Part shown: in pieces, positions 1-14,284 of the stretch
How positions within the stretch are numbered: position 1 is the stretch's first letter
Layout of the letters: every line of letters starts with the position of its first letter
Source: the human T2T-CHM13v2.0 reference genome, Homo sapiens
Reading direction: 5' to 3' (one strand)
Length of the DNA stretch: 64,000 nucleotides
NCBI RefSeq assembly: GCF_009914755.1
Contig: NC_060946.1
Notes under the pieces: generated by a model
Databases searched by the model: none
Told to the model about the DNA's origin: nothing
What the model saw: the letters and a program-made list of their open reading frames with translations, nothing else
Position numbers and translations under genes: made by a program

Positions 1-1455
1 TTCAGTGTTATCCCCATCAAGCTCCCATTGACTTTCTTTACATAATTAGAAAAAAAACTACTTTAAATTTCATATGGAATCAAAAAAGATCCTGCATAGA
101 CAAGACAATCCTAAGCAAAAAGAACAAAAGTGGAGGCATCACACTAGCTATCTTCAAACTATACTAAAAGGCCACAGTAACCAAGACAGTATGGTACTGG
201 TACCAAAACAGATATATTGACAAATGGAACAGAACAGAGGCCCCAGAAATAACATCAAACATCTACAACCATCTGATCTTTGATGAACCTGACAAAAACA
301 AGTAATGGGGAAAGGATTCCTTATTTAATAAATGGTGTTGGGAAAACTAGATAGCCATATGCAAAAAAATGAAACTGGACGTCTTCCTTACTAGTTATAC
401 AAAAATTAACTGAAGATGGATTAAAGACTTAAATGTAAGACTTAAAACCATAAAAACCCCCCAAAAAACAAAGGCATTACCATTCAGGACATAGGCGTGG
501 GCAAAGACTTCATGACTAAAACAGCAAAAACAATGGCAACAAAAGCCAAAATTGACAAACGAGATGTAATTAAAGTAAAGAGCTTCTTCACAACAAAAGA
601 AACTATCATCAGAGTGAACAGGCAACCCACAGAAAGGAGAAAATTTATGCAATCTATCCATCTGACAATGGGCTAATATGCAGAATCTACAAAAAACTTA
701 AGCAAATTTACAAGAAAAAAACAAACAACCATATCAAAAATGGGCAAAGGACATGAACAGACACTTCTGAAAAGAAGACATTTATGCAGCCAACAAACAT
801 ATGAAAAAAAAACTCATCATCACTGGTCATTAGATAAATGCAAATCAAAAACACAGTGAGAAACCATCTCACTCCAGTTAGAATGGTGATCATTGGAAAA
901 ATCAGGAAACAACAGATGCTGGAGAGGATGTGGAGAAATAGGAACACTTTTACACTGTTGGTGAGAGTGTAAATTAGTTCAACCATTGTGGAAGACAGTA
1001 TGGCAATTCCTCAAGGATCTACAATGAGAAATACCATTTGATCCAGCAATCCCATTACTGGGTATATAACCAAATGATTATAAATTATTCTACTACTTAG
1101 ACACATGCAAACATATGTTTATTATGGCACTGTGCACAAGAGCAAAAACTTTGAACCAAACCAAATGCCCATCAGTGGTAGAATGAATAAAGAAAATGTG
1201 GCATGTATACATCATGGAATACAATGCAGTCATAAAAAGGATGAGTTCATGTCCTTTGCAGGGACATGGATGAAGCTGGAAACCAGCATTCTCAGCAAAC
1301 TAACACAAGAGTAGAAAAGCAAACATCACATGTTCTCTCTCATAGTTGGGAGTTAAACAAAGAGAACACAGGGACACAGGAAGGGGAACACCACACACTG
1401 GAGCCTGTCAGGAAGTGGGGGACTATGGGAGGGATAGCATTAGAAGATATATTCC
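1..1455 (+). mobile_element. L1PA-type LINE-1, 3' part of ORF2 plus most of 3'UTR (disabled; runs off window start)
   Basis: Diagnostic L1 ORF2/3'UTR words: CATGTCCTTTGCAGGGACATGGATGAAGCTGGAAACC, GGGAGGGATAGCATTAG; frameshifts and stops. Confidence 0.95.
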
Positions 1456-2640
1456 TGGCCTAGGCCACTATTGCGATTTTCTAAATTTTGTTTCAAAAAC
1501 ATGATGTTTCAAAAATTGTTATTGATATGTAATTATACAAATATATAGTTCAGAAAAAAGAATCAACATTAATTATGCTTTTTCCAAAATACTTTATGGT
1601 TTTGAGCTCTTCTAGCAGTGACATTTTTGCTGTAGGTAGTTGCTCTATATCTGGTATATTCATCATAGCATCCTTTGTACCCTTTACACTTATCCTTCAA
1701 CTTCCCACTCTCCTTAAGTGTAAATTTTCAAGGCCAGAGCTCCCATATCTTCCCAATATTACTTTTTGAAAAGAAGCTCCTATGTACTGTTTTCTCTGGT
1801 TCTTGTTGGATATAATGCTAAAAGAGCTGGAAAATAATAATTTTTTAAAAAATTCGGTGATGAAATTAAGGTAAATATATTTTATAAATCTAATGAACAA
1901 AATGAGGCCAGCTGAGAACACAATGATAGTTGAAGAAGAACCTGAGATCCTGTTTCTCTCAATGGATGTATGAACTTAACTGCAATTGGGTGAGCAAAGC
2001 CAGTTGAGTTTGTAGCACCCCTCATGAGAAAAAAGCCAACCATAACCACATTTAGAAGAAAGAAAATTTGGTTACATTTGTGCACTACAGAACAGTGCAG
2101 TTAGATAAAATTCTGTCCATTCCATGATTCTCCCTCGGGAAAGAAAACAGAGTGAAACGTGTATGCAAACTTCTGACTTATTGATTTATACCTTTAACAT
2201 TTAGTGTTGACCAGAATAGAGATAGAGTTTAAATGACAGCTTGGGTCGACTGAGAATAAAGATAAATGTTTCTTACAACAAAGAGACTGTAGTGCCTGCA
2301 ACAGTGACAAAGAGAAGAGACTAAAGGCTCCTAAGAGGAAAGAGAGGTAAACCTTATTAACAAGAAAATACATACAGTAGTCCAAAGAAGACACATTTTG
2401 ACAACAGATTGGAGAAGCTCCCGGAATGACTAGTGTGGCTGAATATTGTCAATTTTCCCATGTACAAGCTTTTTCATAAAGGATAAAATAGGTAGTGGTT
2501 TCTTAATTGACCAAAACCTTAACAAAACCACAGTACATAAAAGCAACCAGGAAATATAGCCTAATGAAACGAGAAAAATATATATTCAAGTGACCCTAAA
2601 GAAGTGGAGATCTATGAATTATTTTTTAACTTAAAATCAT

Positions 2641-2942
2641 TTTATTTTTCTTTATTTTTTCATTTTATACACAGGATCTTACTCTATCTCCTGGGACAGA
2701 TTGCAGTGGTGCAATCACAGCTCACTGTAACCTCAAATTTCTGAAGTAAAGCAGTCATGCCTCCTATGTCTCCTGAGTAAATATGACCACAGTTGGGCAC
2801 ACTACCACACCTGTATAGTTTCTTTAAAAGAATCTGTACAAACAGAATGTTGTTATGTTGCCTCGGCTGGTCTCAAACTCCTGGTCTCAGGCAATCCTAC
2901 TGCCTCAGTCTGAAAGTGCTGGCATGAGCCACCATACCTGGA
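2641..2942 (-). mobile_element. AluJ-like, diverged
   Basis: T-rich tail, GCAGTGGTGCAATCACAGCTCACTG ... GGCTGGTCTCAAACTCCTGG ... CATGAGCCACCATACCTGG. Confidence 0.85.
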
Positions 2943-2959
2943 ATTGTTTCTCTTTTAAG

Positions 2960-4945
<1,986 letters not shown>

Positions 4946-4949
4946 AAAA

Positions 4950-5555
4950 GGCGGTCTTACTCTCTCACCCAGACAGGAATACAATATCATGGTTATAACT
5001 CAATGCAGCCTCAAATTCCTGGGAACTCAAGGAATAATCTTACATCAGCCTCCGACTTCCTGAGACTACAGGAACATTCCACCATTCATGATTAATCTGT
5101 AAAAATATTTTTTACATATAGCTTCTCACAATATTGCCCAGGGTGGTCTCAAACTCCTAGCCTTAAGTAATTGATATGGTTTGGCTCTCTGTCCCCAACC
5201 AAATCTCATCTTGAATTGTAATAATCCCCATATGTCCTGGGAGGGACCATGTGGGAGGTAATTGAATCATGGGGGTGGGATTTTCCCGTGCTGTTCTCAT
5301 GATAGCAAAAAAGTCTCATGTGATCTGATGGTTTTATAAGTGGAGATTCCTCTGAACAAAGTCTCTTGCTTGCTCCAATAATTGTGAGACCTCCCCAGCC
5401 ATGTGAAACTGTGAGGCCATTAACCTTTTTCATTATGAATTATCCAGTCTTGGTTATGTCTTTATTAGCTGCATGAGAATTTATTAATACAGTAATCCCC
5501 TTGCCTTAGCTTTCAAAGTAGCTGGAATTAGACACACATATCATTGTGCCTGGCT
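4950..5555 (-). mobile_element. AluJ-like element split by a THE1 LTR
   Basis: Alu words at 4950-5171 (GGGTGGTCTCAAACTCCTAGCCTTAAGTAAT) resume at 5492 (GTAATCCCCTTGCCTTAGCTTTCAAAGTAGCTGGAATTA). Confidence 0.8.
5172..5491 (+). mobile_element. THE1/MST (ERVL-MaLR) solo LTR
   Basis: TGATATGGTTTGGCT...CAAATCTCATCTTGAATTGTA start, ...TAATACA end, perfect 5-bp TSD GTAAT. Confidence 0.92.
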
Positions 5556-6682
5556 AAAACACCTAGCTTAAAGATGCTCATTCAGCTAAAGAAGAACATA
5601 GAAAGCTAAACAGAAAAAGAAAACAATTCATGAAGATAATGAGATTATCAACGAAGTGATTAAAAGTACAAAATAGAAACATAAAGTGTGGAGCTGAAAA
5701 ATAAAATACCTGAATTTAGAGATTCACTAGAAGGTCCAACAACTGGTTTGATCTAGCAGGAAAAAATCCAGCAAGCTTCATAAGAAGTCTTTTGAAATTA
5801 TATGGTGAGGAGGGTAAAAATAATTTTAAAAATTAAGAAAGCCTAAGGGACTTATGGGATACCATTAAGATGGCCAATATACTTCTAATGGGAATTCTAA
5901 AATAAAAAGAGAGAAAAGAGAGCAGCAAAGTTATTTCAAGAAACAAACAGTGGCTGAGAACTCTCAAAATTTGAGGGAGAAAATGGCCTAAAATTTAATG
6001 AAACTTTACCAACTAGTAGCAACACAGGGAGACCCATGACAAGACACATTTTAATCAGAGATTCAAAAGTTAAAACACCGAGAATCTTGAAGTCAGCAAG
6101 AAAAAATGACTTAGCATGTACAATGTTACCCCTATAGGATGACCAGCAGATGTCTCAGCCAATAGCATGCAGGCAAGAGGTTGTAGGATGACATACTCAA
6201 AGTGCTGAAAAAAATGGCAAGTACCAACCAAGAACACTATGTCTGCCAAAGCTATCATTTCAAATGAATTAAAAAATAAAAATAAAGTATATTCAAGATC
6301 AACGAAAACTGTATTAATTTATACACAGTAGGCCTGTATAAAAAAATGCTAGTCATTGACATTAAAAAATAAAATAATGATGAGAGCAACATAGAATTAT
6401 GTAAAATATAAAGTTTTCTAACAGATAATTATGTACACAATTATAATATTCTTTGTTATTATAATGAAGATGCACAGAATACTTTTAATTCTGCTATGTA
6501 GTTGAGATAACAAAGACTTAAAAATGACTATATAACTGTGCCAATAGATTCACAATACAAAATGATGTAATTCGCGACATCAATAAAACACATAGGCAGC
6601 CATAAAGAGGCAGGGTTTTATATGCTATAGTAGTTATTTTTGGTAATATCTATAGTAACAACAAAGAAAATACCTATAGTAC

Positions 6683-6919
6683 TTAGGATTTTGAGACTAG
6701 TCTGGTCAACATGGCAAAACCCTGTCTCTATGAAAAATAACAAAAATTAGCCAGGAGTACTGGTGCACATCTGTGGTCCCAGGTACTCAGAAGGCTGTGG
6801 TGGGAGGATTGTTTGAGTTGAGCCTGAGAGGCAGAGCTTGCAATAAGCAGAGATTGTGCCACTGCCCTCCAGCCTGGGCGACAGAGCAAGACCCTGTCAA
6901 AAAAAAAAAAAAAAAAAGG
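6683..6919 (+). mobile_element. 5'-truncated Alu
   Basis: Starts mid left monomer; poly-A; 15-bp TSD AAATACCTATAGTAC. Confidence 0.9.
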
Positions 6920-7060
6920 AAATACCTATAGTACACACACACAAAGACATACACACAGAGAGAGTAGTGAGAAAAGAAGTAAAACATGTCACTATAAAAA
7001 TCAATAATACGCTAAGAAAGAGAACAAGAGAGAAAAACAGGAAATAATAGCTACAGGACC

Positions 7061-7364
7061 GGCCAGGAGCGGTGGCTCACGCCTGTAATCCTAGCAATTT
7101 GGGAGGCCGAGGTGGGTGGATCAACGAGGTCAGGAGATTGAGACCATCCTGGCTAACACAGTGAAACCCTGTCTCTACTAAAAAAAAAAAACAAATAAAA
7201 ATAAAAATAGCCGGGCATGGTGGCGGGTGCCTGAATTCCCAGCTGCTGGGGAATCTGAGGCAGAAGAATGGCGTGAATCCGGGAGGCGGAGCTTGCAGGG
7301 AGCCAAGATTGCACCACTGCACTCCAGCCTGGGCAACAGAGCAAAACTCCGTCTCAAAAGAAAA
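7061..7364 (+). mobile_element. AluY
   Basis: GAGACCATCCTGGCTAACAC, GAATGGCGTGAA, GGAGCTTGCAG diagnostics; TSD AGCTACAGGACC. Confidence 0.93.
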
Positions 7365-7664
7365 AGCTACAGGACCTAAAACAAAAAAGAAACAAAATTC
7401 AATAGAAAGTCATAGGAAATCATTCCCTTTTAGTAATGATTTTTTATATATATAAATTATGTCAATCAAAAACATACTTTCACTAAATAAATTCATGAAA
7501 CAAGATTCAACTCTCTGCTTCCTACAAATGACCACATTATGATCTGGAACACGCATAAGCCATACATGAAAGAATAAAAAAAATTAAATGCAAAATCAAA
7601 TACTGTCATGGTAGACAAAATATATATTATATCAAAAACTTCCTCAAGAGAGAAGAAGAAAAGG

Positions 7665-7760
7665 ACAATAAAAACAACAACAATAAAAGCAACAAAAAAC
7701 AACATACATCAATAAAAGCAACAACAATAAAACAACATGCAACAATAAAAGCAACAGTAA
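7665..7760. repeat. Short degenerate tandem repeat (CAATAAAAGCAACA-like)
   Basis: CAATAAAA(GC)AACA unit recurs about 5 times. Confidence 0.7.
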
Positions 7761-8253
7761 TGTATGTGCCTTACATCACAGTTCCCAAAATATGAAGCAG
7801 CATTTTACAGAATTGAAACATGAAGTAGCCAGCACATAACAGTAGATGACTTTTTTATCAGACTTTTAGTAATGTAAATTAAAAAAACAAACATAAGATG
7901 AATAAGTAAACAGAGGATTTCAACAACACAATAGAACAATTAGACCTAACAGTCACATTTATATCTCTCCACTCAACAGTAGAATATGCAATACTTTTAA
8001 TCACACATGCCACAATATTCCAGATAGACCACCTGTTAAGTTAAAAAACACATCTTAGCAAATTTCAGCAGATGGAATTACACAAATTATTCCTAACTAT
8101 GATACAATAAAACAAGAAGTTAAAAACACTAGCATGTCAAAGAATAAATAAAAATTAAACAACAAATTCTCAAACACACTCTTGTTCAAGAGGTTATAGA
8201 CTTAATATTGTTAAAATGTCACTACTACCAAAAGTGGTCTACGGATTCAATGT

Positions 8254-8557
8254 TCTTTCTTTTCTTTTCTTTCTTTTTATTTTGAGACGGAGTTTTGCTC
8301 TTGTTGCCCAAGGTGGAGTGCAATGTTGTGATCTCAGTTCACTGCAGCCTCCACCTCCTGGGTTCAAGCTGTTCTCCTGCCTCAGCCTCCTGAGTAGCTG
8401 GGAATACAGGCATGTGCCACCACACCTGGCTAATTTTGTATTTTTAGTAGAGATGGGGTTTCTCCATGGCTGGTCTGGAACTCCTGACCTCAGGTGATCC
8501 ACCTTCCTCAGCCTCCCAAAGTGCTGGGATTACAGGCATGAGCCACAACCCTCAGCT
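8254..8557 (-). mobile_element. AluS (Sx/Sq-like)
   Basis: Full dimer, TSD-like GATTCAAT on both sides. Confidence 0.92.
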
Positions 8558-8963
8558 GATTCAATATACTTTCTATCAAAATAACAATGAAACTTTTTGC
8601 AGAAGTTTTAAAATATTCTACAATTTTTATGGAATTTCAAGTGATCACAAACAGCCAAACAATATTGGGAAAAAAATATAAAGACAGAGGCATCATACTT
8701 TCTATTTTCTAAACATACTACGAACATATAGTAATCAAAACAGTTTGGTACTGACATAAAGACAAATGAATGATGAAACAGATGAGAGAGTCCAGACATA
8801 AGTCCTCATGGGTATAGTAAACTTATTTTTAAAATGTGTTCCAAGAATCACAAAAAGGAAAGAACAGTCTCTTCAACAAACAGTATTGGGAATAATAAAA
8901 ATTTACAAGGAAAAAATAACAAAGTTAGACCTTAACTTGCAACAGATAAAAACATAAACTCAA

Positions 8964-9258
8964 GGCTGGGTGTGGTGGCTCACACCTGTAATCCCAGCAC
9001 TTTGGGTGACTGAGACAAGTGAATCACAAGGTCAGGATATCAAGACCATCCTGGCCAACATGGGGAAACAACATCTCTACAAAAATACAAACAAAAATTA
9101 GTTGGCGGTGGTGGCACACGCCTGCTGTTCCAGACACTCAGGCGGCTGATGCAGGAGAATCTCTGGAATCCAGGAGGCAAGAGTTTCAGTGAGCTGAGAT
9201 CATGTCACTGTGCTCCAGCCTGGTGACAGAGAAAGACTCCACCACAAATAAAGAAATA
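8964..9258 (+). mobile_element. AluS
   Basis: GGCTGGGTGTGGTGGCTCACACCTGTAATCCCAGC...; TSD ATAAACTCAA. Confidence 0.92.
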
Positions 9259-9782
9259 AACTCAAAATAACTAATTTTTGGTAGCTATTAAAATGGAATT
9301 TAAAATTTTATTTTTCAGATAGTTCACTATCATCATACAGAAAGCTACTACTGTGTTAATTTTCTGCAATGTTACAGAATTTGTTTAGTAGTTCTAATAG
9401 TTTTTGGTGTAGTGTTTAGAGTTTTTCACATATAAGATTATTTTGTCCACAATCAGAGACCATTTGACTTCATCCTTTCCAATTAGTATGACTTTTATTT
9501 CTTCCTCTTGCCTAATTTCCTTGGCTAGGACTTCCAGTACTATGTTGAATAAGAGGGCTGAAAGTTTGGACGATTTGTCTTGTTCCAGATCTCAGAGAGA
9601 AAGCTTTCAACTTTTCCTTATTCAGTATAATGTTAGCATTGCTTTTTCATAAATGGCCTTTATTGAGTTAAGGCACATACCTTCTATTCCTAACTTGTTG
9701 AGAGTTTTCATCATAATCAAGGCTGAATTTCATCCAATTCTTCTTCTGCATATGCAAAAGCTACAAAAATTAAAATACTTAA

Positions 9783-10161
9783 TGTGATGGTTAATACTGG
9801 CAGTCAAATTGATTGGATTGGAGGATAGAAAGCATTGATCCTGGGTGTGTCTGTGAGGGTGTTGCCAAAGGAGATTAACATTTGAGTCAGTGGGCTGGGA
9901 AAGGGAGATCCACTCTTAATTGGGTGAGCACCATCTAATGAGCTGACAGTGAATATAAAGCAGGCAGAAAAACGTGAAAAAGAGAGACTGGCCTAAGCTC
10001 CCAGACTACATCTTTCTCCTGTGCTGGACACTTGCAGCCCTCAAACATCAGACTCCAAGTTCTTCAGCTTTGGGACATGGACCGCCTCTCCTTGCTCCTC
10101 AAACTTGCAGACAACCTATTGTGGGATCTCATGATCTCTCTAGGGAAGCCCAACTAATATA
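9783..10161 (+). mobile_element. MLT2A-type (HERV-L) solo LTR, internally shortened
   Basis: TGTGATGGTTAATACT...GATCCTGGGTGTGTCTGTGAGGGTGTTGCCAAAGGAGATTAACATTTGAGTCAGTGGGCTGGG. Confidence 0.9.
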
Positions 10162-11854
10162 CCTAGCAACAAACTTAACTAAAAAGGTAAAAGATCTCTA
10201 CTCTGAAAACGACAAAACATGGATAAAAAATATAAAATACAAATGAATAAATAAAAAATATTTTGTTTATACACTGGAAGAATACTGTTGATATAGCTAC
10301 CCAAAGTGATCTACAGACTTAATGTGATTTTTATCAAAATACCAATGACATTTTTTCACAGAAATAAAAAAATTTAAATTTATATGGATCCACAAAAAAC
10401 TCTGAATAGACAAAGCAACTTTGAGCAAAATAAGCAAAGCTAAAGGCATCACTTCATCAAACTTCAAAACTTGCTATAAAGCTACAGTAACCAAAACAGC
10501 ACTGTACTGGCATAAAAACAAACACATAGACTAATGTGCCCAATAAGCCCAGAAGTTAATTTATGCACCTAAAGCCAACTGATTGTCAACAAAATTACCA
10601 AGAACGCACTTTAGAGAAAAGCTAATCTCTTTAATAAATGGTGCAGGGCCATTTAAATATTTATATGCGGAAAAATAATACTAGACCCTTGTACCTTGCC
10701 ATATATGATAATCAACTAAAACTAAAGACTTAAATGTAATGCCATCAATTATGAAACTATTAGAGAAAAACATTAAAAAATGCTTTATAACATTGGACGG
10801 TGAAAGGATTATTAAAATAAGATTTCAAAACACGGGCAGCAAAATCGAGAATAAACAAACAACATTATGTCAAACTAAAATGCTTTTTCATATTAAAAAA
10901 GCAACTAAAAGTTTGAAGAGACAGCTTAGGCGATGACAGAAAATGTTTTCATATACATGTGACAAAAGGCTAATATTCAGAATATATAAGAAACTTTAAA
11001 ATCTCAAAATAAAATACACTTATAATCTAATTTAAAAAATGCAAAAGATCTTAATAGATGTTTGTCAAAAAGAGATACAAAAAATGGCTAACTGGAACAC
11101 AAAAAGATGCTCTACATTACTAATCACCAAGGAAATGCACATCCAAACCGTAATGAAGTACCACCTCATTCCCATTGGAATGGCTATAATAAAAATAAAT
11201 AAATAAATAAATCAAGAACTAATGAGGATATAAAAAAGAGTGGATGTATACCTTGTTGGTGGAATTGTAAATTAGTATGGCCATTATAGAAAATAGTATG
11301 GAGGTTTCTGAAAGAAATTAAAAATATATCTATTATATGATCCAGCAATTTTACTTCTGGGTGTATATCCAAAAGAAAGGATATTACTGTGTCAAAAAGA
11401 TATTTGCATTCCCATGTTCATTACAGAACTATTTATAATAGCTTATATATGGAATCAATTCAAATGTACAGCAACAGATAAATGGATAAGGAAAATGTAC
11501 TATATATACACAGCGAAATACTATTCAGCCATAAGAAAGGATAAAATTCTGTCAGTTAAAAGAGCACGGATGAACCTTGAGCATACCATGTTAAGTAAAA
11601 TAACCCACATAGAGAAACACAAATACTTTATGATCTTATTATCTCACTCATTTGAGGAACCTGAAAAAAAGGGTTGATAGAAGCAAAGAGTACAACAGGG
11701 GTTACCAGAGACTGAAGCAGGAGGATGGGAAAAGGCTGCTTCACAGGTATTGTGTTATGATTAGATAGGGGAAATAAGTTTTTGTTTTTTATTACACAGT
11801 AGAATAATAATAATTAATGAAAAGTTATCTCATATTACAAAATAGCTAAAAGAG

Positions 11855-12130
11855 ACCAGTTGTGGTGGCATATTCTTGCAATCCATACATTTTGGGAGAT
11901 TGAGGTAGGAGAATCACTTGACGTCAGAAGTTCAAGATGAGCCTGGACAACATAGTGTGACCCCGTCTGTATGAAAAATTAAAACATTAGCCAGGCATGG
12001 TGGCAGCTTCCTGTAGTCTCAGCTAATTGGGAAACTAAGGTTAGAAGACTGTTTGAAGTTACAGTGAGCTAAGATTGCACCACTGCACACCAGTCTGGGT
12101 GTTAGAGCAAGATCCTGTCTCTAAAAAAAT
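11855..12130 (+). mobile_element. AluJ-like
   Basis: Alu dimer words; TSD-like AAATAGCTA on both sides. Confidence 0.85.
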
Positions 12131-12767
12131 TTAATACGTAAAGATAAAATAAAATAGCTAGAGAAGAAGCTTTTGAATATTCTCACCACAAAAATAACAA
12201 ATGCATGAGGCAACAAGTATAGAAGTACTCTGATTTTTATTGTTATACAACATATATATATAATTGTTTCCCCAAAATATGCACAATTACATGTGTCAAT
12301 TTTAAAAAATGAATGAAGACTATAATGTAAAACCTATAGCTGTAAAATTCCTAGCACAATACAGAAGGGTGAAGCTTCATGACAACTGGTCGTGGCAATA
12401 ATTTGGGGGACGTAACATCAACGGATGAGACAACAAAAGCAAGGGAATACACATGGTACTGAATCAGTGTATGAAAAATATCCCAAACAGACAAAGCAGA
12501 ACATGGAATAGATATATGCACATTGTAGTATTACTCACAAACATGTTACCTGGAAGCAAATGTACCCTTAAGGATGAGTAGATTCAGCAAACAGGGCACG
12601 TACAATCACTGGGATAGCATTCAGCCTTAAAAATAAGGAAATCTTGAAAAGTACTACAATAAGGACAAATATTCAAAACATTCTGTTAAGTAAAATAAGA
12701 CAGTCAAAAAGGAAAGCTGTATAATTACACTCATGTAAAATATTTAGTCAAACTCAAAGAAACCAAG

Positions 12768-13966
<1,199 letters not shown>

Positions 13967-14284
13967 CAAGTAATGAGTATTCACTTTTACTTTTGTAAGA
14001 CAAAAATTATCTAAAAGCTACTGCAAAACAATAGAACTATACTAACCACTTCTAAACCATATACTTAAAATTTCAGAAATGACAATGGCATGTTTTTAAC
14101 TACAATTAGAAATTTAAGACTAACTAAAAGGCACAGTTAGAAAACCTTTCAAACATCACCTTCAAATAACAAAGGGTTATTCTCACACAATTATATGGAT
14201 TTAAACTATATGTTGATTGTAAATTTAAGATTATTTCCCTGATGACTCACCAAGATAGAATAAAGTAATCACAGGAAACCAAGA

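Larger units (their letters stand above)
5570..9270 (+). mobile_element. Ancient L1M (ORF1 to ORF2 fragments), host to several Alus; continues at 12310-12767 and ~13971-14110
   Basis: ORF1-like words (GGGACTTATGGGATACCATTAAG), EN words, late ORF2 (GACTTAATATTGTTAAAATGTC). Confidence 0.7.
9275..12310 (+). mobile_element. L1MA-type LINE with 5' inversion (9275-9750 antisense), interrupted by an MLT2 LTR and an Alu
   Basis: Antisense ORF2 block, then sense ORF2 3' end and L1MA-like 3'UTR ending ...ACATGTGTCAATTTTAAAAAA. Confidence 0.8.
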
